64,000 nucleotides of DNA from Bdellovibrionales bacterium (GCA_965200875.1 OZ241456.1:960001-1024000), one strand, 5' to 3'. Positions 8,883 through 18,631 are shown, counted from the stretch's first letter. Program-made: numbers and translations. The notes: generated by a model from the sequence alone, not told the origin.

Positions 8883-10220
8883 TTATTTAAACGCGAATAC
8901 ACATCTTATGTGTTTTTCAACTTTTTCCAATGTTTCTGGATCTGATATGTATGCTCTTGTACTTTTCAGTGCTGTCTCTATTGCATAATGACCCAGTATA
9001 GATGCAACAACTTTCTGTTCAGGGCTAAGAGGTTTTGTTTGGTTTGTTCTTTCTGAGTCATTTTGCGGTCTTCTTGATTCACGAGAGTCTTCTATTGTTA
9101 GATCTTTGAGGAAATTTTCGTAATCCTGAAGAGTTGGTTGTCTTCTTGATTCACGAGAGTCTTCCATGCTCTCTTGGTTTGCCAAATGTGGGATAACTGA
9201 AACTCTATCTTGAAAATTCCTTAAGGCATCCTCCTGTATTTCAGGACGAAATGAAACTTTTCGCATTTCCGTTTCAAGTTCTGATAGCTCTCTTTTGTTT
9301 TGAATAAAGGAAAGGGTTTTATCCATTATTCTTATTTTGTCCGCTTCTGAGAAATACTCCCAGCCTATTTGCAGGAAAATCTTGGCATCCTGAATAGATT
9401 CAATATGAGGAAGGGCGTAAGAAACTATTATGGATAATTCTCTTTTGGAAAATTGTTTTTGTCCTACGAAGAGCAGGTCTACTGCATCAATAAAGTTCTC
9501 AATACTGTAAATCAGCTCCACTTGTTGTTGTCTGGTAAGCAGATTGAAAAACGCTGCTTTTCCACCTCTTTTATATTCAAGAGTGGCGTATTTGAAGTTT
9601 GCTATTAGTTCCTGATTTGCAACAGGCTTGAATTGTATGCCTTCTGGCTTTTTAAGACACCACCAAGTATCTGAGACTATTCGCCCGAGTGTTGCTGAAT
9701 CCTTGATGGCAACTCGAAGTTTTAGCTTGTAAGCTTCTTCTAAGCTAATGCCTTTTTCCTGTAATCGTGCTTTAATTCTTTCATCATTTAAATCAATAAA
9801 CGGGTAGCCTGCTGACACCACCACTTTTATTATACTGTCACCATAATGAGAAGAAGAATTTCTATTTTCTGCAACATAAAGTCCTTTACCAGTTCTACCA
9901 GCAATAGCTGGTTTTGAGTACATTTCAGTTCCTACATAATGTTCATAAAGTTCTTGAGTCATCTCACCAGCTGAAAGGAGTTTTTGTGCCACTTCTTTGG
10001 GTTGCCATCTGTAAAATACCCGTTCCTCAGTGGAAGGTGTTGCTAGGGACTCTATAAAATCCCTCTTTTCTTCAGGGGATAATTCATTGGCAAAACAAAG
10101 GTCATTAAAAAAGAAAAGGGACAAGAGCAAGGCTATAAGTGTCATTAGTTTCTGATTTAATGAAAATAGAATTTTTAAAAAATAGAAATGTAAAAGTATA
10201 TTCATAATAGATCCTTCCAT
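8883..10220 (-). CDS. Secreted hypothetical protein with an ADP-ribosyltransferase-like motif
   Basis: Hydrophobic signal (likely start 10145); FYRW...GKGLYVA...SS.YG; duplicated EDSRESRR near the C-terminus. Confidence 0.55.
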   Translation of the reverse strand: MEGSIMNILLHFYFLKILFSLNQKLMTLIALLLSLFFFNDLCFANELSPEEKRDFIESLATPSTEERVFYRWQPKEVAQKLLSAGEMTQELYEHYVGTEMYSKPAIAGRTGKGLYVAENRNSSSHYGDSIIKVVVSAGYPFIDLNDERIKARLQEKGISLEEAYKLKLRVAIKDSATLGRIVSDTWWCLKKPEGIQFKPVANQELIANFKYATLEYKRGGKAAFFNLLTRQQQVELIYSIENFIDAVDLLFVGQKQFSKRELSIIVSYALPHIESIQDAKIFLQIGWEYFSEADKIRIMDKTLSFIQNKRELSELETEMRKVSFRPEIQEDALRNFQDRVSVIPHLANQESMEDSRESRRQPTLQDYENFLKDLTIEDSRESRRPQNDSERTNQTKPLSPEQKVVASILGHYAIETALKSTRAYISDPETLEKVEKHIRCVFAFK

Positions 10221-10403
10221 CCTTTATTTTTTAACTGATTATATTCAAAAATTTAAAAAACACAAAGGTTAAAAGTAATATATGTAATCTTTACATGAGT
10301 GTAAAATATTTAAACAAAGAACCTTGATACTTTGGATTTGTTGGTCAAGATAAGAAGCCGGAAAAGTAAAAGCACTGAAATAAAAAGTATAGATACAAAA
10401 TAA

Positions 10404-10724
10404 TTAAGACTGTTTGTTTTCTTTTGTTTTTAATTCTTTCAAAATATTTTGCAATAATTCAGTAGTAGAGTATAGTTTTTCGGTACGAGATTCCAAATGT
10501 ATAAAAAGATTGTTTCGTTCTTCTCTATCTGTAATAAGCATATCTTTTATACTTTGTTGCTCACTTTCCAAACGGGCTTGATTTTCCTTTACTGGTTTAA
10601 GTAACATATTAAACATAAACCCTAACGCTGTAAAGATAGCACAAAGAGCAATAATTGTTTCAGTATCCATTTTCATCCTCATTTTATTATTCACAAAAAG
10701 CATTTTATAAAAATATGATAACAA
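10404..10724 (-). CDS. Small membrane-anchored coiled-coil protein
   Basis: N-terminal TM (TIIALCAIFTALGFMFNMLL) followed by a heptad-like region; start probably a downstream Met. Confidence 0.55.
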   Translation of the reverse strand: MLSYFYKMLFVNNKMRMKMDTETIIALCAIFTALGFMFNMLLKPVKENQARLESEQQSIKDMLITDREERNNLFIHLESRTEKLYSTTELLQNILKELKTKENKQS

Positions 10725-10733
10725 TAGTCAATA

Positions 10734-10955
10734 TTAATACTCAAAAATATAAACAGAATAGACTGGTCCTGAAACTCTAGGCCCACCAATATCTGCATTA
10801 TAACCTTGTTCTTTATATTGATTTTCTAATCTTTGAGCATCATCGTAATACAAGCCTGTATGGATAACCTTGAATCCTGATACAATCCTACCCGTATTTT
10901 CCCATTCCTGTTTTCTTATATGAGGATCGCGGGAAGTTATACCAACATATCGCAT
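10734..10955 (-). CDS. 73-aa GIY-YIG-like mini-protein (possibly circularly permuted)
   Basis: YVGIT...R, helix Glu in AQRLE, C-terminal VYSVYIF strand; GAAAGGAAG SD and a perfect sigma28 promoter upstream. Confidence 0.55.
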   Translation of the reverse strand: MRYVGITSRDPHIRKQEWENTGRIVSGFKVIHTGLYYDDAQRLENQYKEQGYNADIGGPRVSGPVYSVYIFEY

Positions 10956-11022
10956 AACTCACTTCCTTTCTTAAATTTATAATTTAAGAATAACAAATTC
11001 ATAACTTATAACGCAAACTGAC

Positions 11023-11049
11023 TTATCGGCCTAGAAATGTTAGACTTTA
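11023..11049 (-). promoter_or_regulatory. Sigma28 (FliA) promoter
   Basis: Minus strand reads TAAA-gtctaacatttctag(15)-GCCGATAA, an exact match to the consensus. Confidence 0.75.
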
Positions 11050-11323
11050 GGGAAAGTTTAAAATTGTTAAAAAAAGACAGAAAAGCACCTCTATTCATCA
11101 TCACTTTGTGGGTTTTCATAGTGTGAAGAAAGTCAGTATAATATCCAAAGAATATAGTTTTATATGCTTATCTGAATGAGGAAAGTGCATTTTTTGCACA
11201 TTGCTTTTTTCGTCAATTTCCCCATCTTTAGTAATTTTTCCAATATGCTTTGTAACATGTGTGCTCTCCGACATAGCAAGGCTTTCTGAAATATGGTGTT
11301 GTAAAAGTGCATCGGCTAAACAA

Positions 11324-12340
11324 TCAAGTGGTGTTAATTTTTTCGAAGTTGTTCTTTTTGTTTTTCTTCGGCTTATTACCCTGCAACAACAGTACAATTA
11401 ATCCGATCATTTTATCTTTATCCTTTGGATCGCTTTCAGCAACCAACAAAGTTAAAGCTGTTAAAGCAGGTGGGGTTAGATTGCGAGGCAAACCTAAAGC
11501 TTTTTGCAAAAACCACAAAAAAGCGAAAGCCCCGCTTCTCTTATTTCCATCAGAAAAAGGATGATTTTTAACCATAAAATAGAGCAAATGGGCTGATTTT
11601 TCCTCAACAGTAGGATATAAATCCTGTCCGCCAAAGGACTGAAATACATTACCTACAATTCCCTCCACAGCGTTTTTTGATCTTTCTTGTCCAAATAAAT
11701 CAGTAGCTTGTTTTTTAGCGATAAGTTTCTGCTTGAATTTTTGTAAAGTATTGCTTAAATCTTCAGCTGTAAAAAGTACTTGTTTTTTTGTCACTCCATT
11801 TTTTGGAAACTTTTCAGAATCGTAAGCTTCCAAGGAAAGCCATGTGTCAGCAAATACACTAATAAGATCTACGGCAGACTGTGCGGGAATGGACTTATCT
11901 GCTGGCAAAAGATGTTTTATATCCTCCAGAGTTTTTTGGAATTGTTGATAATTTTTAGCCAACTGTTTTTTATTTATGGTGTAGCCTTTTAAAAGATGTT
12001 GTTTTAAGGTCTTTGTAGCCCATATACGAAATTGTGTGGCTTGGTTTGAATTGACACGATAACCGACAGACAGTATAGCATCCAAATTGTAATATTCAAT
12101 TTTCCTGTTTACTTGTCTCTTTCCTTCTTTTTGAACTGTTTCCAAAATGGAAACAGTTAATTTTTTGTTTAATTCTCCATTTTGATAGATATTATGTAAA
12201 TGTTTTGATATAGCTGGTTTTTTTACACCAAAAAGCTTTGCAATCTGGTTCAGATTTCCCCACACAGTGTTTTTTTGAAAGTCACCGCGAAACTCGATTT
12301 TTCCGGTTTTGGACTGATAGATAAACACTTCTTTTTTCAT
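11324..12340 (-). CDS. RhuM-family virulence protein fused to a Fic/Doc domain
   Basis: YNLDAILSVGYRVNS..ATQFRIWAT (RhuM) and HPFSDGNKRSG (Doc-type Fic motif). Confidence 0.9.
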   Translation of the reverse strand: MKKEVFIYQSKTGKIEFRGDFQKNTVWGNLNQIAKLFGVKKPAISKHLHNIYQNGELNKKLTVSILETVQKEGKRQVNRKIEYYNLDAILSVGYRVNSNQATQFRIWATKTLKQHLLKGYTINKKQLAKNYQQFQKTLEDIKHLLPADKSIPAQSAVDLISVFADTWLSLEAYDSEKFPKNGVTKKQVLFTAEDLSNTLQKFKQKLIAKKQATDLFGQERSKNAVEGIVGNVFQSFGGQDLYPTVEEKSAHLLYFMVKNHPFSDGNKRSGAFAFLWFLQKALGLPRNLTPPALTALTLLVAESDPKDKDKMIGLIVLLLQGNKPKKNKKNNFEKINTT

Positions 12341-12419
12341 ATTTTTTCCTTCTTTTTAAATTGATTTTCCAGTCAAAAAAGAGATTATCCAAAAAATCAA
12401 TTATGTTACAACATAAGGG

Positions 12420-12761
12420 TTATTCGTTAAATTGTTCAAATTCATCCAGATTGTTTTTTTTCTTTACGGAACAGATGATAATGACTCTGAAGGGGGTATA
12501 AATTCCCAAAGTTAAACCAGCGGTAAGAATATGAAGAAACGATCTGGTTATTTTCAGGGTTTTCCAATTTGCAGGGCATTCCTTCCAGACTTTTATTTTT
12601 TCAGAAGTGTTGGCCAGCCCAAAGAAAAAAGAGGGTATGGTGTATTCTCTTTTTTTTGTCAGATAAAGGTTGGAGTTGCCAAGAGGTTTTTTACGCAAAG
12701 TAATGGGGGTCACGCAAGCGCATAATAAAAAACAAAGAAGAATACAGGTAAAATATTTCAT
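12420..12761 (-). CDS. Bor/Iss-family lipoprotein
   Basis: Lipobox LCAC; FFFGL...C...TLGIYTP..V.I.C pattern. Confidence 0.7.
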   Translation of the reverse strand: MKYFTCILLCFLLCACVTPITLRKKPLGNSNLYLTKKREYTIPSFFFGLANTSEKIKVWKECPANWKTLKITRSFLHILTAGLTLGIYTPFRVIIICSVKKKNNLDEFEQFNE

Positions 12762-13279
12762 AGTTTAATAAAGTCCTGATTGGGTATTTCACACCATATT
12801 TCCGTGCTTTTTGGAGAATACAAGCCAAGAGTGCTTATCGCAAAAAGAAAATCTTCAAAATTAAAGTAATTTCTAATCTGAACAGGCTCTCCATCCACAC
12901 AAGCTGACTGTATGTTAATGGAGTCTGAACCTACTAATCCCCATAATCCATAGTGACTGTAGTGGGTAAAGGAGGTGGATTGTTCAGGATAGGGTGTTAA
13001 TTCAATATTTATAGAGGCGCAGGAAATCATTAAAAATATGGTAAAGCACAGCGTGGCGAATCTGGCCAAAATTTTTATTTTTGGAAGGAAATGCAAAAGC
13101 AGAAATGTTAAACTGAGGTGATGTAAAAATGTTTGCATTACTGTTTTGATACTATGTTTTGTATAGAGGCGCAAAATAAAAATTTTCAGTTGGACCAAGT
13201 TGATTAAGGTTGAAGACTGAGGTTGAAGGCTGAAAGTTGAGGTTGAAGACAGTTTTGTGGTTTTAAAAGACTCAAGCAC
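12758..13279 (-). CDS. Bor/Iss-family lipoprotein paralogue (true start probably internal)
   Basis: MISC lipobox; GLWGL...C...TLGLYSP..EIWC; the N-terminal extension is low-complexity. Confidence 0.6.
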   Translation of the reverse strand: MLESFKTTKLSSTSTFSLQPQSSTLINLVQLKIFILRLYTKHSIKTVMQTFLHHLSLTFLLLHFLPKIKILARFATLCFTIFLMISCASINIELTPYPEQSTSFTHYSHYGLWGLVGSDSINIQSACVDGEPVQIRNYFNFEDFLFAISTLGLYSPKSTEIWCEIPNQDFIKL

Positions 13280-13724
13280 TCTTTTTTAGAGGGGCTGGGT
13301 AGTCTGTTTCAGCGATATTTTTACGCATGGATTCAAGATTCATTCCCAATTCATAGAGCTTTCTATATAAAGTGGCTCGGCTTATTTTCAGAGTTTTCGC
13401 TGCTTTAGAGGCGTTTCCTCTTGACTGAAGCAATGCGGTTTTGATGGCTTCCAATTTAATTTCATCCATAGTCTGTATGGGGCTCCCTGTAACAGGCATT
13501 TTTATAATGGACAAAGAATGATTTATTGTGTTGTCAGGTTTTTTTTGATTTTTTTTTGTCCCTTTTGTACATTTTACCGATTTTGCCCATTTTACCCCTT
13601 TTGACCTGAGGGTCTCCCATTCTTCTTTTGAATAATGTTCCAAGGAAAAATGATTTTTTTTCGCGAAATATTTTACTTTTTCCACATCTGCCAGACTATT
13701 ACTGATAAAGAGTAACTTATTCAT
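13272..13724 (-). CDS. Fis-type HTH (HTH_8) domain protein
   Basis: IKTALLQSRGNASKAAKTLKISRATLYRKL. Confidence 0.85.
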   Translation of the reverse strand: MNKLLFISNSLADVEKVKYFAKKNHFSLEHYSKEEWETLRSKGVKWAKSVKCTKGTKKNQKKPDNTINHSLSIIKMPVTGSPIQTMDEIKLEAIKTALLQSRGNASKAAKTLKISRATLYRKLYELGMNLESMRKNIAETDYPAPLKKSA

Positions 13725-13823
13725 TTTTTCCTCTTACAGATATCTAAAATTTTCAAAGTTGCTTTTTCTGTCAAATTCAGGTGTTTTGTTCTTCATTATC
13801 ATTAACCGGGTTGTATTTACTTT

Positions 13824-13850
13824 GATTCGGCTGATTGATGTAAAAATTTA
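13824..13850 (-). promoter_or_regulatory. Putative sigma28 promoter
   Basis: Minus strand TAAA-N15-GCCGAATC, 100 nt upstream of the Fis-type gene. Confidence 0.55.
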
Positions 13851-13990
13851 AATATTTTTTGTTTTAGACCTTGATAGCTGGAAATAACGACATAATTTTG
13901 CAGTAATATTTCATCCTCCGTCAAATTATCGAGGATAAGGATTCGGAAGGGGAGAGATAAATAAGCTGGTGGCTGGTCAATAGTTTTATG

Positions 13991-15487
13991 TTATTTTTTG
14001 CGTGTAGCTGGACTTTGAGTATGTTTGTCGGCAATATGCTTTCCTTGTAAAAAACATTTTGTGATTCCGTTTTCAAAAGAGTTGGCCAATTTGAATTTGC
14101 TTTTTTGATTTAATATGGATTTGGCTTGTTTAAAAGCCCATAGCATTTTATGTTTGTTTAACATACAAGCTTTCATAAAGTGTTTGTAAGATTTTTTTTC
14201 TTTTCCGGTGTTAAAAAGAGATTGCGCCAGCCCCAATCGTGCCTCCGCTGAGTTTGAATCTATTTTGGAAGCAGTTTGAAAATAAGGGAAAGCGGATGTG
14301 TATTCTTGTTGTTCAATGAAAAACTGGCCCACTATCACTTGGACAAAACTGGAGTTCGGAAATTTTTTGCCGGCAAATTTAAGCTGTTTTTCTTTATCTT
14401 CCTGTTTTTCCATGGAGAGAGCGTAGTAAATATAATTACTAGGTTCTTTTGGGTCGTATCTTATGGCTTTTTTACAGCCGGAAAGGCTCTGGTTGTAAAA
14501 TTTGTTAATATAAAAGTATTTGCAAATATCTTTGATATATTTTCTTTTTATGCCATATTCTCTGATAAGGGTTTGCAACAGTTTCAAAATGGCATAATTG
14601 TTTTCTTCGGAGTCTGCTTTAAATTTTAGAAGTTCCAGCATCTCCATCTGTGCTCTTTCGTGATACTTTTTATTGAGAGTAAGAGTTTTTTGGATAATAT
14701 CTATTACTTCATTTCTATGTGCAAACAAACCGGTTTTGAAGTAAAGCTTCCTGAGTCCTTTTGCCAGTTCCAACAGATAAGTTCCGTTTTTTTTGTCTTT
14801 TTTCACCAATTTTCTGAGAACACGAATTTGATTTTCATAATCTCCTGTATTTTCATAGGCTTGTGCTAAAATTAGGAGAGAACGAGGAGAACTGTCTTCC
14901 AATGATTCCTGCAGATCAATGGTTTTTCTGTGTTTATTTTCTTTTATATGATCCACGGCGGACTTTTTCTTGGTCTGTGGAGCGAGTGTTTTATTCAGGA
15001 AATCCAGTTCACTCGTCATGCTTTTAATAACAGATGAATCCAGGGAATCTGCTGATGGTTTTTTTTGCTTTTTCCTGTTATTTGCGGATTTCTTTTTTGC
15101 CTTTATGGGTTTTTCAACAAGCTTTTTGGTTTTGTGGGTTGAGCTTTCTGGTTTTTCAACAAGCTTTTTGGTTTTGTGAGTTGAGCTTTCTGGTTTTTCA
15201 GCAGGCTTTTTGGTTTTGTGGGTTGAGCTTTTTGTTTTTTCAGTAGGCTTTTTGGTTTTGTGGGTTGAGCTTTTTGGTTTTTTAGCAAGCTTTTTGGTTT
15301 TGTGGGTTGAGCTTTCTGGTTTTTCAGCAGGCTTTTTGGTTTTGTGGGTTGAGCTTTTTGGTTTTTTAGCAAGCTTTTTGGTTTTGTGGGTTGAGCTTTC
15401 TGGTTTTTCAGCAGGCTTTTCTGGTACAGCGATGACAGTAGAAGAGAAAAAGAGAAAAGAACAAATAGTAAAAATTTGTGTGTTCAT
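13991..15487 (-). CDS. Exported TPR protein with Lys-rich 14-aa tandem repeats
   Basis: Signal peptide, seven KP.SSTHKTK-type units, TPR-like helices (AQAYENTGDY, ARLGLAQSLF). Confidence 0.75.
   Translation of the reverse strand: MNTQIFTICSFLFFSSTVIAVPEKPAEKPESSTHKTKKLAKKPKSSTHKTKKPAEKPESSTHKTKKLAKKPKSSTHKTKKPTEKTKSSTHKTKKPAEKPESSTHKTKKLVEKPESSTHKTKKLVEKPIKAKKKSANNRKKQKKPSADSLDSSVIKSMTSELDFLNKTLAPQTKKKSAVDHIKENKHRKTIDLQESLEDSSPRSLLILAQAYENTGDYENQIRVLRKLVKKDKKNGTYLLELAKGLRKLYFKTGLFAHRNEVIDIIQKTLTLNKKYHERAQMEMLELLKFKADSEENNYAILKLLQTLIREYGIKRKYIKDICKYFYINKFYNQSLSGCKKAIRYDPKEPSNYIYYALSMEKQEDKEKQLKFAGKKFPNSSFVQVIVGQFFIEQQEYTSAFPYFQTASKIDSNSAEARLGLAQSLFNTGKEKKSYKHFMKACMLNKHKMLWAFKQAKSILNQKSKFKLANSFENGITKCFLQGKHIADKHTQSPATRKK
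15108..15420. repeat. 42-bp coding tandem repeat (~7.5 units)
   Basis: gctttttggttttgtgggttgagctt recurs every 42 nt. Confidence 0.9.
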
Positions 15488-15514
15488 TCGGAGTTTTCCG
15501 TCTTTCAGGGTTTG

Positions 15515-15611
15515 GCTTTGAGAGCAACATTTCAGAAGTGTACTGTCTTAGCTTGTATTCCAGCCTCCTGTTTTTAGCTTTGAGAGCAACATTTCAGAAG
15601 TGTACTGTCTT
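15515..15611. repeat. 35-bp perfect direct repeat with a 27-bp spacer
   Basis: gctttgagagcaacatttcagaagtgtactgtctt at 15515-15549 and 15577-15611. Confidence 0.9.
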
Positions 15612-15845
15612 TGAATATTTTTCAACAAATACTGTTTAATTTCAAGGAATTTTGTCGCTTGGTTTGTTTTTGGATCTGCCGGCTTGGAGTAAATTAGTGA
15701 TGAAAAAGTGATATTTATTGATTTTGTTTCACTGTGATCCAGAACAAATGTCTTTTTGTAATAATTGTTTTTTTTAGAGTTACCCAGTCTTTAGTTTTAA
15801 ATCGAAAGTCATATAAAGGTATTGTTGAGCATCATGGTTTTAAAA

Positions 15846-15934
15846 AGTGGTCCGTGAAAAAGTATGTTATTTTCCTGGATTCCCGCCTGTAAGGGACTGA
15901 AAAGCCAACAACATGGCTTTTTCACAGAAGACTA
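15846..15934 (+). mobile_element. MITE-like element, short copy
   Basis: agtggtccgtgaaaaagtatgttattt...ggattcccg...ttttcacagaagacta. Confidence 0.7.
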
Positions 15935-15944
15935 AATTAGCTCT

Positions 15945-15971
15945 TAATATTTTTTTATTTATGTCCGATAT
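15945..15971 (+). promoter_or_regulatory. Putative sigma28 promoter
   Basis: TAAT-N15-TCCGATAT upstream of ORF 16102. Confidence 0.45.
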
Positions 15972-16101
15972 ATCAATCTAAAGGCAAATTTCAAGCGGAA
16001 ACAATTTGAAGCTGTTTAAGGTCTCAACAGGTTTGAGCCTCTGAGGAACTCCAAATTGCAGTTTGAGTTATTGAATGGAAAAGTAAAACAGGAGTGATTT
16101 T

Positions 16102-17217
16102 ATGTCATCTGACAATCAGAACAATATCATCTCATTTCCAGGTACTGCAAAATCAAATGCACGGGTTTCGAAAAAGGATGAAAACAAACAATCACATTTG
16201 AATAATGTAATTCAAATTCCTTTGAAAACTGTTGAATCTCCCAGTTACCAGACAATGGAGAAAAAGAATATGATGTTGCAAAGCTCCAATGTGCAAAGAA
16301 GCTCTGGTGTGAAAAATTCAAATAATAATATTATAAACAAAACAAATTCTGATTTTTGGAGAGAGAGAGGACACACCACAGACTTTCATTCTTCAGATAA
16401 AGATGAGGCAGAGGCAGGTTCGTTTTCAGCTTCCGGTGGTGGTGGTGAGTCTTCCGGTGGTGGTGGTGAGTCTTCCGGTGGTGGTGGTGAGTCGCTTTCT
16501 GGCAAGAAGTTTCATTATGTTGGTGTGGCTTGTGCTTTGTGTTTCATGTTGGTAAGTGTTCCTTTTTTGAATCAGAAAAATGCGCGCGGATTGGCTTCAT
16601 CATTAAAATCTGCTCTACCGGTAAAAATAATCAAACCGGATGGCACACAGTATAAAGTAGATCTCTATGAAAATGAAAATGGAGCTTTGAAACTGAATTT
16701 ATTGGAAGAAGGAAACCTCTCTGATCGTAATCCTAGTAGTGTGGAAAAAGATAGTTTTTTGGGGACTTTTAAGTCTGTATTTGGTTTTTCCAATAGAGAT
16801 CCTGATAATGAGGATAAGGAAAAAATTAAAACAAAATGGCGTGTACAACAGGATAAAGCTTTGTATTTAATCAATAAAGGTCAGAGAAAGCTGGCTGGTA
16901 TCGGGCGAGACCCTCAAGCTAGGGATATTTTTTCCATAGAGGAGCTGAATTCCAGTTATAATGTGAAATGGAGAAGGGGTAAGTTGGTATATGCGATTTT
17001 ATTGCCGGGTAAATCACCTGTTTTACTGCCGACCACGGAGCATATAGTGAGAAGGTACAGAGAAATTTTTCCGGCTCACAGGGTAATCAGAAAATTAGAC
17101 TCTTTATCAGGAGATCTGGAAATTTATGAATTAAGGAACGCGGAAGGCTTAATTACAGCGCAGGTGGAGACTTTAAGAGATGAGAAAGGCAGAGTACTTT
17201 CCATCCATGTACAATAG
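16102..17217 (+). CDS. Single-pass membrane hypothetical protein
   Basis: SGGGGES x3 repeat, TM segment, RGLAS/RNPSS motifs; the TAG stop coincides with the MITE left end. Confidence 0.7.
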   Translation: MSSDNQNNIISFPGTAKSNARVSKKDENKQSHLNNVIQIPLKTVESPSYQTMEKKNMMLQSSNVQRSSGVKNSNNNIINKTNSDFWRERGHTTDFHSSDKDEAEAGSFSASGGGGESSGGGGESSGGGGESLSGKKFHYVGVACALCFMLVSVPFLNQKNARGLASSLKSALPVKIIKPDGTQYKVDLYENENGALKLNLLEEGNLSDRNPSSVEKDSFLGTFKSVFGFSNRDPDNEDKEKIKTKWRVQQDKALYLINKGQRKLAGIGRDPQARDIFSIEELNSSYNVKWRRGKLVYAILLPGKSPVLLPTTEHIVRRYREIFPAHRVIRKLDSLSGDLEIYELRNAEGLITAQVETLRDEKGRVLSIHVQ

Positions 17218-17492
17218 TGGTCCGTGAAAAAGTATGTTATTTTGACTGGATTCCCGTTTTCACGGGAATGACTTCCCTTGGGAAGGAAAATGAAAAAAGG
17301 GTGTGATAATTGAAATACAAAAGGTTTTTCACGGGTGAGTAACTAGTAGCCTGTGAAAAAGTATGTTATTTTGATTGGATTCCCGTTTTCAAGGGACTGA
17401 AAGCCAATAACTTGGCTTTCAGTTTCCAAGAGGGAGCTTTCTCTTTAACAGGTAAGTAACCGGTTTTATCAGGGGTTTTTCACGGGCGATTA
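17215..17492 (+). mobile_element. Two tandem MITE-like elements (17215-17341, 17344-17492)
   Basis: TIRs tagtRgYcYgtgaaaaa ... tttttcacgggYga.ta; internal ATTCCC-N8-GGGAAT hairpin in the first copy, variant in the second. Confidence 0.8.
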
Positions 17493-17538
17493 TTTAGATT
17501 TGATTTTTGATCTTATATTAAGATAAGTTACTGATTTA

Positions 17539-18615
17539 ATGAAAGCAGAAAATCTTCTTAAAGAACTAAAAAAAACTCCTTTTCTCTTGGCTCCTATGGC
17601 CGGCATCACGGATCACCCTTTTCGCTCCTTTATGCGGGAGATGGGTTGTGGTATCGTTACAACTGAATTGATCTCTGCTAAATCTCTTCAAACTGGTTCG
17701 GAAAAAAGCCATAAATTGATGTTTTTTAACGAAAGTCAGCGTCCAATAGGGGTGCAGATTTTCGGAGAGGAATTATCTGCTCTGGCGGACTCCGCTCAAA
17801 TTGTGGAACAAACTGGAGCTGACTTCATTGATCTCAATTTTGGATGTCCTGTTTCCAAAATTGTTAAAAAAGGTGCTGGTTCAGCTATCTTGAAAGATCT
17901 TTTGTTTTTGCGCAAAATACTTCAAACAGTCAAAAAAGCTGTTTCCATTCCCGTGTCCATTAAAGTTAGAACAGGGTGGGATCAACATTCCCGCAACACC
18001 TGTGAAATATCGCATATAGCTTATAATGAAGGAATTGTCTGGTTGACTATTCATGGTAGAACCCGTGCGCAGGCTTATTCTGGTACTGCGGATTGGAATT
18101 ATATTGCTAAGGTGAAAAAACAAGCCACTATACCTGTAATTGGTAATGGAGATTTGGTAAATTCAAAACAAGTTTTAAAATTGAAAAAAGAAAGCAAATG
18201 TGACGGTATGATGATAGGAAGAGGGTGTTTAAAAAACCCTTGGATTTTTCAGGAAGTGAATACAATATATAATAGGAGCATGTATCAGGTGCGCAATACG
18301 CAGATCAATCAGACATATAATATGACTGTCCCCTCTGTGAAAGGACCAAAAAAATGCTACATGAATATTCTAAATCGATTGCAATATCATTTGGAAAGTT
18401 TTTATGATGAGAAAATATTTTTATTACAATATAAAAAGTTTTCCACTTGGTATTCTTCAGGTTATCCAGAGTCAGCTCGCTTTCGCCAGATTGTTTTTCA
18501 AAGTAGAAGCAAACAGGAAGTATTGGATGTAGTGGAGAGTTATTTCCGGGAAGTTGATTTTAAGAATCAACAGAACACAAATTATGAACCTGCTTTAATG
18601 CAAGGGCATGGATAA
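17539..18615 (+). CDS. dusB: tRNA-dihydrouridine synthase B
   Basis: LAPMAGITD, IDLNFGCP, KVRTGW, TIHGRTR, GNGD, MIGRG...PWIF. Confidence 0.9.
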   Translation: MKAENLLKELKKTPFLLAPMAGITDHPFRSFMREMGCGIVTTELISAKSLQTGSEKSHKLMFFNESQRPIGVQIFGEELSALADSAQIVEQTGADFIDLNFGCPVSKIVKKGAGSAILKDLLFLRKILQTVKKAVSIPVSIKVRTGWDQHSRNTCEISHIAYNEGIVWLTIHGRTRAQAYSGTADWNYIAKVKKQATIPVIGNGDLVNSKQVLKLKKESKCDGMMIGRGCLKNPWIFQEVNTIYNRSMYQVRNTQINQTYNMTVPSVKGPKKCYMNILNRLQYHLESFYDEKIFLLQYKKFSTWYSSGYPESARFRQIVFQSRSKQEVLDVVESYFREVDFKNQQNTNYEPALMQGHG

Positions 18616-18631
18616 AATTCGATGAAATATA

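Noticed and set aside
14970..15521. Alternative-frame ORFs with periodic sequence
   Set aside because: By-products of the 42-bp tandem repeat in the TPR gene.
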